Virus record (IMG/VR): IMGVR_UViG_3300032288_000917
Length of the DNA: 64,000 nucleotides
Direction: 5' to 3' (one strand)
DNA from: an uncultured virus (IMG/VR IMGVR_UViG_3300032288_000917)
Lineage: Duplodnaviria > Heunggongvirae > Uroviricota > Caudoviricetes
Part shown: piece after piece, positions 30,801 through 35,830 of the stretch
How positions within the stretch are numbered: the first letter of the stretch is position 1
Layout of the letters: each line of letters opens with the position of its first letter
Made by a program: the position numbers and the translations under genes
Notes under the pieces: model-generated
What the model saw: only the letters and a program-made list of their open reading frames with translations
The model's database searches: none
Told to the model about the DNA's origin: nothing

Positions 30801-30917
30801 ATATCCTGTATATCCTACTTGTATAGGAGTTGAAATAGTAGGGCCAGTCTTTGCTACTACTATTTCAGGAACAGAAGGTGTATTATTAGGAAGTGTGGGA
30901 TTTAATGTATCAGCCAT
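18858..30917 (-). CDS. giant virion RNA polymerase (single-chain two-barrel, crAss-type) with zincin motif and large N-terminal extension
   Basis: catalytic loop TGSDFDIDS (DFDID at nt 21945-21959) preceded by LRIPSQ; KR, DAQGY and SASK motifs upstream; HEAFH zincin motif at nt 26571-26585; 4019 aa. Confidence 0.9.
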   Translation of the reverse strand: MADTLNPTLPNNTPSVPEIVVAKTGPTISTPIQVGYTGYGQSQYDKQPLTFENLQQLNEIRAQEQTALDKLGNGLVNMTISAFTGALDSTVGFVYGISKGLITGEADQVWNNEFGQAMDSINEAVRESNPFYYSEAEKNASLLGSMGYQNFWFDKVLGGAGYTIGSLAAGYGISSLFKMGKAAQLAQIGDETIAAGRLSTTAEGIGAAAASKGRWDLTKEMALGTVLAHGESSMEARQSFKEALDFYNEARALGDPSNPDFNPEYAQYASLTDKQIEQLATDVGNTNYLINMPITGGTNLLLLGKFINPGKKAAIKQYNSIGTRTLAEGTTEYFDKVAAQKGAAYFNFGKKFVEGFLPESLQEGAQYASNIASREFVDQYQFSRDAWADAFYEGAAEGISSTLTDREGLESILIGGIVGGPFGLKGVRAERLAKNENTKKLVDALNADPNFTQSNKLIGEYLGSVRDANKGEEYLKKGDLFSAKNETDKALNRYIKAQIDAGTTDYFVTRLQSMKDIDPAELEKHFGPGTTTEDIDKIVNKTAELQKLNDNLTTLYGISSGTPEQRTTNQKIRDRFFFAASTIKDVEARTKNIEQEILDLKDAKASKLLQMHKNIFTIADTVTPENVPFEKTYEQYLKELKSNAIDSYTAALKQFEAESPVEGAALVNLFADLNKLTERKGDFVKYYNALQDPAKALEVLQTEDEAFQAMFENAEQEENNKQTASTLKKQSNLPPELINDVFVKDVNRKNIVTDLNGKELDLASMDIADLRGFREEIASEMLINDRAEELAELDQAVAQEISSRENVTANTLAEELAQAKSSQDVEAIVAKAEENGYTVSSDKVRAIHQELIKRQNAKDAETKEDKKVKRPFKDIREYLNTFVIGEQFVDSEVDTPSTDPLDGMSKAKVKAARLKAQQALDDLLINDPAALDEITLDIRLNTDPLKITKVENAPYAFSGSPLTMAIQHKGKDIAYIPYYGKFVNEEGIPLDPTLMSYEEWKTLFSVEINEETGKGTKANFQEFVKAYQEAKKFFDYVYAQLLQGKNTYNTEELIQLINPQINKGFFEAAPDMLQAPMLEQFDSERPVYRDADNNLFIVDTNTDKSLQQMHVDPATLETKEEYKAALEALAERKAMGKIHNTRLLQRYVALVEHPYGTVSIKGDNKKYEWVPLVPSQYPIDNLLNTLKTFQEEKTATPKEMATLLNSEVFFSLRSGWDVGLYFSEDFKQFTLEFKFGSEPSVFANVTITPTTTANEFITKLNESLQDPKRPQQFQGKPAVDAIRTDKNEPAITVKNFKTQIPTQLPDLNTDAALQSFYPTVTPNVKTNLSFRINYSTPAQPATQAPTPTQPSAAPVSNKKANPRGQVKIDPTKLDPDAQSSGEVRARARDLTKAFAYIRSVFGDSIGVTVLDALEERLANGSVLYGDFKDNLIRLSRFSPEGTEYHEAFHGVFRAFLTDQEIAFYRDAAKQQMRDELKKKNISITSEAAKFSKEFYAKNPGTKFSEQEIFNLMLEEYMADKYKAHRMAKETKAKTGLAGILQTLWEKLSKVLDIFVKSKQADAFDGLFEAIDNGTFKNKQMVSNQFTGTVLPAQVSLFAGSSFEKDVNGNNVLDDKGNPVVIPTFLPEHISNQIIGTVISNVYNAAKLKPNVPTSKLIDEAINAFHDNFNLDTRSDYIDASTNEKAKDLFYSIEFALNPESYINEPGFPKSPRTEIKNAVEAALKSFDVDLVVEENEGESNDEVSKKGDTESKERNRDLNQENLGGFKNLSKKLRAYISLTTYTTSLNDFFGVPDVFPEDVTMTIAVDTKRVYNGIAKATQNSLTSKEVMTKLIHYRNVSSEPRYVIDKFLNDIGFPLESFLKDGNYSESELKPANLDLYHAMVKGFNLHSHDHTFTEYDFNLGIARSYSSNRKTADQQQFESWNAAYVKAWQKWGKTPEEKIATAKAKIVDKLTKASNAININTPKELSNSDVMFRVTNLDEALKSVGISLSQGYLKFLVLNNPNYAGISDIQKSYVESFGYSLREDQPYIVTTIDELVKHISTGKNPFVRDVEQVKKDGKEKEVEVGLVSRILVLAKNNELFDETLSPNSFLNAENKTIYSLQKPTADSIITLAIARDRMDLLPLDYQSEYFKDHYLLKNANFQKIKAHLKLLREDGARVRYMKINQFGQFEVDTFKESEEGSTFGDYKARELALAEYSHYLDSRFDGIVGNNEVEVRPVVLDIMENSKSLNMVPLPVVDTIDKQGKITDKFKDAIVAEVRREFNRIQVVKSQGSNPLDKIEGFNWGAVEGERNKLRGFKFWHFENLLKFENSDLLKELEAASAGEFDQYIPALKEQIEKYFTAQIDTHLDELAKLGVVKKGYKDGKPIYINVLLDTRYGRRDYISGGKWLSETTETRNKILKAMTDQRMKNPFTSGYAGDNIAQVFLNNYLNRLSYNQLIKGDAAQVVKNPIDWFKRAKARNASGDSLYSEMMPETRFAIIGKRAAGGKIEDPSKQFTVTNRVLDMNNPEDQAEFKEVLDSIQNDDTLTQAQKEKKLADIRKKGKVDIADAQGYISARAAMNYLYGLGRLTEKTRAIYNDIIEGKPISPEDWTTLKKENVMANSMKLVYHDGVRFFKLSVQTLSREEVSVEINGERVARPGMEVKFNMLQQMEQHGIDLLMPPSASKMLTENVVEMDANDMFSVPDPTRQVGSISNLFGRLQQENPSNKDQISNPTQMQNIIEVEQDRAQKIEYPFYDNIKTVGDLLDLYDSAQAQKVTRSYIPAKSIIFALQEGKTNPKMGRLAKIMRESLIKTGATGQLLDFFKVDSSGVPVFDFANMPHTTAKFEAMYNAHFNKVFSQKIPGYKTTLQSGFGHQIMFYEKADGTEVIVNKAMFDENPEKYMADYKAGRLKTRDLAYNKPRLDKNGKEIGKYSEFVMSAHFAEQFGLKAGDIIPEEIAYMFGLRIPSQDKHSAMSLKLVDILPNFTGSNAVFPHEIVKLTGSDFDIDSFYIHRPDHYVKYVNGKPKFMVYGNTEDSEFDQFLQYYTNDKFVDLLVKEYITEDIEKNGANTKELELKQILRNIIEELSLGEEMIVNKEELINEKAAIKQKLRDLNKQLVLRALKELGLPSNAAEYAQQTKEKGELNPGTLNNTILNAKIVLHSNPAVRKITSTPATIDEVETILDEIAKAKGFESYDEMDVKHDVSTLTALMQALDSNRAGQESIGAAVNATQIFGRLREFNIKIGELFLENLPKINGFTSEGYTSYQTQDGKRVMDILSTLTSAMTDNPKYGFVNKLGLSIDALSNVSNLVGLGYSLRDALYLINQDYVKKYTQFVANKRNKIRPLGEKYINTSKYYNSLLEDIKKKIKEIAPNATVDLDSNEFTTEELLNALKERAADDKQAQLEYLVANYKALTMYSGLEPITKTFSKIGSVIKITKGTGSTFEEEEIIIETLKQLGGKLEKVNGSWQIVKAKENKIMPNILKIFREHKLTKANLEVLADKRANTGKIAISQTPALRKMTNAGWRNIERVLGDVATKKNAIKKAALAFTVLRAYSIQQKSTVLNTDNISRLLYKLEDSQAMLLDEYKELSEKYPEFVGQSPALYSLGFRPQTSNGFMGINYNSTKGNVEFETRLTNDLENLYAAEHTREFVIKLFNYLVAKDALQFKNNSFINIMPAAMFKAYSRASKGVLELLNKEATEQEYKEMFGKSLEELTDEFVELSVRDAANYSNLLFYKEGAFKPEMPVTKNEDGSITFDMFKGWQAGYTATEISAIQEESVDPETGEVKSWEEVKKSLQGKVQEENLAKFISNLTNLNEMFALTTEVVGGKSYTRIKFLDGFRMKDSKGVYVLKSVEVSKKTKEGVEFTEKTREADGSKVGIRATYVLKETLGDKYNKVVPYGIGLEEAEKVAQSKLPKKEKTQDINGESEPLMEQANNPLDQISTTKAQPVKKEAPVSSGNPLDLLSANKKAAAADAGYAQDANTLPAVDEMRKAVRDAYIQEGMPLMDAMSKVKLMTKEELVQEFIKKCNTGA

Positions 30918-32962
30918 TAATCTAAAGTAAAATTATTCTGAGTTAACCAATTCACATATTCTTGTTCATATACAGACTTAGCGTCACTAGAGTTCAATAA
31001 AGTACCCTTCTTATTATCAGAAGTTACAGAGTACCTATTAATCTTTACTCCATAAACACCATCAGCAGAAATATTAGGAGAATACTCATATAAGAATGGT
31101 TTATTAACACCATTATCTGCTTCATATACTACTTGCTGTTGCGCTTTATTATTCTTAAAGGCTTGAGAAGCTCTTATACTGTGTGTGTATACTCTCTTAG
31201 TTGCAGCATCTTGCTCCATTACTATATCCTGAGGTACACCATTCTTATCAGGTATTTGCGCTAAGACAGCTCCAGGATTTAAGAATCCTCCAAAGCCAGT
31301 AAACACAGCTTTATCTAAAGCTTCTTGTGGTACACCATCTTCAAACCCTAACTTTTTCTCTGCTTGACGTTTAGTACCGCCTTCTTGTAAAGAGTAAGTT
31401 ACCCTATTAAATACATTAGTATTGAAAAGAGCTCTTTGTACAGACTCTGACATAGCAGGTTGTCTAGGAGTCATCATGTTACCTATTACAGCAGACCCAT
31501 TCTTAATACTTTGCTGTACAAAGTTAATTACATTACCTGCGTTAGCATCATAAGTAACTGAACCATCACCAGTTTGCTTAGTCTTTTGTGTCTTAGGGAA
31601 TTTAGTAGCAACTTCAGGAAACTCTTTTCTTAATTCTTCAGCTTGCTTATCAAATGCCTGCTGTTTAGTTTCAGTAGAAAATATCTTTCCCATGTCTTCT
31701 ACAGACTGATTTAATCTTTGTGTAGCTGCTCTACCAGAGTTAGAACTTGGAACACCTGTTGTAGCTAAAGTAGGATCAAATATAGCAGCTATACCTACTC
31801 CTATCATATCTCTTACAGGACTAAGTAAATAACCCCATCTTCTTAATCCAGTACCAGCTGCATTCTCTTGTCCTCCTTGAATACTACCATCTGGAGATAC
31901 ACCTACTGATTCAGGAGCACTAGCTGCAACTGCAGGTAATGTTTGAGCAGGTAACTGGAAGTCATACAAAGCTCTTTCTCTAGCTTCTCTTTCATTATCT
32001 CTAGCTCGCCAGTTTTCTTTATAATCTGCATTTATTGTACGCTTAGACTGTCTGTAAATATTTCCTGCGTTACGAGCAGCTCTTTTTACATCTCCATAGA
32101 AACTTTCTTCTAACCATTGGTCAGCATTCATTTGAACTTGACCTTGAGGTGTATCTATAATAACTCCTTCAGCAGGACTGTTTGCTAATGTTTGACGCCA
32201 GTTGTCTAGATCTCCAGAAACTGTATGCTTAAACTTGAGATAGTCGTTAACTTCTCTATCTTGCATTACCATTCTATAAGCCGCCCTTTCAATTTCATCT
32301 GCAGCTAAAGATGTATCGCCTGTTGTAAGATTAACAAAGTAACCAGTGTTACTATCATACTTTAACCCTGTCATTTGTTCAACAGTTTGAGGCTTCATCT
32401 CTTTAGCCACTTCCATTACCTTAGTCTCAATATCTACGTGAGGTTGAGAAGCCATAGTATTATAAGTAGACCATCCATAAGCAGTCTTCTCAATAGGTTT
32501 ATTCATACGAGATAGCTCATAATTACGAGCATTAAGAGCATCTTCTTCTGACATGCCTCCTTTCTCTCCCATCATATATCTCTTTACAGCTTCTGCTCGT
32601 TTAGCTTCAGCTGTAGAGAATTGATTATATCTTTCTTTAATAGCTCCTAACTCACCATAATTAGTCTCATATTGTACTTTACGGTTCAAAGCTTTAATCT
32701 CAGGAAGAGCACCTGCTAAATTACCCTTATACTTATCTACTAATGAATATACTTGTTGTTGTAATTCTCCTACTAACTCTTGCTTTCTTGGAGTATCTAA
32801 AGGAATACTATTGATCTTAAGAAAAGATTCATCTAATCCTGATAAAAGCTCATCAGCTTTATCTTGTCTCTGCTGTCTCTTTTCATACCCATACGCCAAT
32901 GCCTCAAAAGGCAAAGGCGCTATTTTCATTTCTAAGGGTTTAGTCCACGGTGATATAGCCAT
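30917..32962 (-). CDS. putative internal virion (ejection) protein
   Basis: 681 aa, helical, with a central hydrophobic/Gly segment; TAATG-coupled to the RNAP gene. Confidence 0.55.
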   Translation of the reverse strand: MAISPWTKPLEMKIAPLPFEALAYGYEKRQQRQDKADELLSGLDESFLKINSIPLDTPRKQELVGELQQQVYSLVDKYKGNLAGALPEIKALNRKVQYETNYGELGAIKERYNQFSTAEAKRAEAVKRYMMGEKGGMSEEDALNARNYELSRMNKPIEKTAYGWSTYNTMASQPHVDIETKVMEVAKEMKPQTVEQMTGLKYDSNTGYFVNLTTGDTSLAADEIERAAYRMVMQDREVNDYLKFKHTVSGDLDNWRQTLANSPAEGVIIDTPQGQVQMNADQWLEESFYGDVKRAARNAGNIYRQSKRTINADYKENWRARDNEREARERALYDFQLPAQTLPAVAASAPESVGVSPDGSIQGGQENAAGTGLRRWGYLLSPVRDMIGVGIAAIFDPTLATTGVPSSNSGRAATQRLNQSVEDMGKIFSTETKQQAFDKQAEELRKEFPEVATKFPKTQKTKQTGDGSVTYDANAGNVINFVQQSIKNGSAVIGNMMTPRQPAMSESVQRALFNTNVFNRVTYSLQEGGTKRQAEKKLGFEDGVPQEALDKAVFTGFGGFLNPGAVLAQIPDKNGVPQDIVMEQDAATKRVYTHSIRASQAFKNNKAQQQVVYEADNGVNKPFLYEYSPNISADGVYGVKINRYSVTSDNKKGTLLNSSDAKSVYEQEYVNWLTQNNFTLD

Positions 32963-32973
32963 CTTGTAATATA

Positions 32974-35826
32974 TTATCTATTTTGATTTTCAGGGTATGC
33001 CATTCTCAAAGCATCCATCATCTGCTTATTCTGCCAGAGTTGCCCAGAAGCTTGACCAATATTACCAATACCTGCTCCAATCATTTCAGCTTTCTTTTCT
33101 CTAGCCTGCTGTGCAAGATAATCACGATTCATACGCATCTGCATGTTAGACTGTTGAATAGTTTTATTAAGTTGGTTTATCTTAGCACGGCCTGCTTTAT
33201 TTCTATTCTCAAGAGCTTCTTCATACGCAGCTAAGTTTTGTTGATATGCATTAGTACCAGATTGTAAAGCAGCTAAAGCATTAGAGCCTCCAATCTGACG
33301 TGCATTATATTTATTAGCTGCATAAGCACCAAACATATCTCTACGTCCAGCTTCTCCAGTTAAATCTTCCCACTTTAAATCAGCAGGAGTTTCGTAACTA
33401 CCAGGCTTCCAAGCTTTCTCAAAGATACCACGACCTAAGTTATAAGCAGCAGGTAAGAATTGACCAGCCATTAAAAGGTTGTCCATTCTATTCTGTCTTC
33501 TAGCAGCTCTTTGCTCAGGAGTAAGTTGTGCATCAGTATCTCCAAACAACTCATCACCTGTGTACTCTCTTTGAGTACCCATTGCTGGTACTTGTTGTTC
33601 TGCACCAGGAGGAGTTGTTTCATACATTCTTTCTGCGCCTCCTACATTACCTAAATCAAAGTTATCTTGCATAAACCTTGGAGTAGCTAAAGAAGAAGCT
33701 AAGCCTGTAACTTGCTCATCAGATATACCTCTCATAGGAGCCATAGTCATAGTTTCAGCAGGAGTACGCATAGCTGCAGGTGCAGGTCTAGCAGTAACAG
33801 GTCTAGCAGGTCTAGCAGTTCTACCAGCTGTAGCTCCAGTATTTGTAGGAGCTGTGTAAGTAGGACGACTTGGAGCAGTATATCTACCTGCTGAAGTAGC
33901 ATTAGAAGGTGTAGGCTGAGTAGCAGGTCTAGAAGAACCTCTTTGTAAGAAAGGACTAGGTTGTATATTTCTTGTTATATTTTGAAAGAAAGGAGAAGGC
34001 TGAACACCTCTCATAATATCTTGTACACTTCTACTACCTGTTGTTCCAGGATTAGGAGTATAGTTAGGACCTGTACGATAAAAATCATTAGTACCTACAA
34101 AGTTAGCTACATTTTGTGCTAAGCCAGGACTCATAGTAACATTACTATTGTATGGTCTAGCAGCAGGTGCACTAGCAGCAGGTGCAGCAGTTGTATTACC
34201 TGGTCCAAATAAGTTTGCTAAGAAAGGACTCATAGGAGCATTTTGCATAGCTCTAGTTACTGCTCCATTTTGATACATAGGAACCATACCACCTCTAGCA
34301 TACATACGTTGAACTGCTCCACCATACTTTGCAGTAAACTTATCATATGCAGTCATAGCAGCTTGTTCTTCTGCTGCTTCTTTTTTCTGTCTATCAAAGG
34401 CAATATTATTTCTAATAGTATCTGCATAAAGCTTATCGTGATTCTTCATAGCTTTCTTATACTTATCTGCCATACGTTTAGTAATAACAAACATTCCTTC
34501 TTGTGCAGGTACTGTACCTCTTTCATCAATACCTTCTTCAGGATGAGGCACCATACCTCCTCCTTTATATTCAGTAACTATCTTACCATTTTTATCAGTA
34601 AGAAGCTCGCCTTTTTCTACATTAATCTGAGTAGGTTGACCAGTCATTCCACTCATAGCAAAAGTAGGCATATTACCTGTATCTATCTGAAGAAGGTTAG
34701 GCCCATTTATTGCACCTCCCATAGCCATACCCATGTTAGAATGATTCTGCATGCTTATTACATGAGATAAATCTCCTATTTTAGTAGTACCTCCCATACC
34801 ATAAGCATCTACCATACCGCCATACTCTTTCTTCTCAGCAGCACGAATCTTTCTTTCTTGCTTCAGCATTTCCTTAGTTGGCTTCTTTCCACTTCCTTTG
34901 TTAGCACGAATATTATCCCAAAGGCCACGCTTAGAGTAAGAACCATCTTTACGCTTAATCATACCTCCACGACCATAGTCTTCCATCATTGCATATCCAC
35001 CCATCTCATACATATCAGGAGTAGGCATACCCATAAGTTGATATACATCTACTACACCACCTTCTGCATAATGCTGTGCTTTGTATGAATTAATCTCATC
35101 TTGAGAAGCACCTGAAGCTTTCATTCTAGCTTCAAGTAAATCTACAGGAAGTTGTCCCCCATCTCCATATGAAGCAACCATTCCTCCATCTTCCCAAGTA
35201 GCTCTTGCGTAAGCACGGAAGTAAGGGTTATTCTTTAAGTTTTTAGCATGTCTTGCATAAAAAGCTTTCTTGCCATTTTTAGACTTACCTCTTTCTCCCA
35301 TGTTAGGGTCACCGAAGTATTTCTTTGTACCGTCAGGTCCAGTTACTACATGAGTCTTACCCTTACGGTCATTTGAGCGTCTTACTGTATAACCACCCTT
35401 GCCATACATTTCAACTTCTCCTCCCTGCTCATAACTATCAATATAATCTTGTGCTTCAGCAGGACTCATGTGAGACTCAAGTCTAGAGCGTAAAATACTT
35501 TCAGGAAGTTTACCACCCTCAGCATACATATCTACCATACCACCTTCTTCTTTCTTACGGGCTTTGGCCATCTTACGAAAAGTCTTGGCTAAAGCATAAC
35601 GCTTAGTACCAGGACGACAAGAAGGTCCACCAAAGTTAGAACCTGTACATACTCCTTCAGTACCACGTTTTTTAATAGAAGCAGTGGCTTTTTGTATCCA
35701 CCCACCTTTCTTATATTCATCTACCATGCCTCCCATAGCCATTTCAAATGCTTCTTGAGTAGGATATTGTTGATAGAACTCTTGTTCAGAGAGTCCAGTC
35801 ATTTCAAGTATTTCTTGTTTAGTCAT
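32974..35826 (-). CDS. modular cargo protein with about 17 xxxGG linker motifs, a Pro/Ala/Thr-rich region and a coiled-coil C-terminus
   Basis: 950 aa; repeated MAMGG/YKKGG/YAEGG-type motifs in residues 29-520; located between the muzzle and RNAP genes. Confidence 0.7.
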   Translation of the reverse strand: MTKQEILEMTGLSEQEFYQQYPTQEAFEMAMGGMVDEYKKGGWIQKATASIKKRGTEGVCTGSNFGGPSCRPGTKRYALAKTFRKMAKARKKEEGGMVDMYAEGGKLPESILRSRLESHMSPAEAQDYIDSYEQGGEVEMYGKGGYTVRRSNDRKGKTHVVTGPDGTKKYFGDPNMGERGKSKNGKKAFYARHAKNLKNNPYFRAYARATWEDGGMVASYGDGGQLPVDLLEARMKASGASQDEINSYKAQHYAEGGVVDVYQLMGMPTPDMYEMGGYAMMEDYGRGGMIKRKDGSYSKRGLWDNIRANKGSGKKPTKEMLKQERKIRAAEKKEYGGMVDAYGMGGTTKIGDLSHVISMQNHSNMGMAMGGAINGPNLLQIDTGNMPTFAMSGMTGQPTQINVEKGELLTDKNGKIVTEYKGGGMVPHPEEGIDERGTVPAQEGMFVITKRMADKYKKAMKNHDKLYADTIRNNIAFDRQKKEAAEEQAAMTAYDKFTAKYGGAVQRMYARGGMVPMYQNGAVTRAMQNAPMSPFLANLFGPGNTTAAPAASAPAARPYNSNVTMSPGLAQNVANFVGTNDFYRTGPNYTPNPGTTGSRSVQDIMRGVQPSPFFQNITRNIQPSPFLQRGSSRPATQPTPSNATSAGRYTAPSRPTYTAPTNTGATAGRTARPARPVTARPAPAAMRTPAETMTMAPMRGISDEQVTGLASSLATPRFMQDNFDLGNVGGAERMYETTPPGAEQQVPAMGTQREYTGDELFGDTDAQLTPEQRAARRQNRMDNLLMAGQFLPAAYNLGRGIFEKAWKPGSYETPADLKWEDLTGEAGRRDMFGAYAANKYNARQIGGSNALAALQSGTNAYQQNLAAYEEALENRNKAGRAKINQLNKTIQQSNMQMRMNRDYLAQQAREKKAEMIGAGIGNIGQASGQLWQNKQMMDALRMAYPENQNR

Positions 35827-35830
35827 GTTA

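Noticed and set aside
5539..30917. Inteins or self-splicing introns in the helicases, primase or RNAP
   Set aside because: Motifs are normally spaced, frames are uninterrupted, and no LAGLIDADG, HNH or intein-terminal signatures were noticed
34261..35742. Interpreting the GG motifs as ubiquitin-like C-termini or bacteriocin double-glycine leaders
   Set aside because: The modules are too short and dissimilar for beta-grasp folds, and no E1/E2 enzyme or C39 peptidase transporter is present in the window
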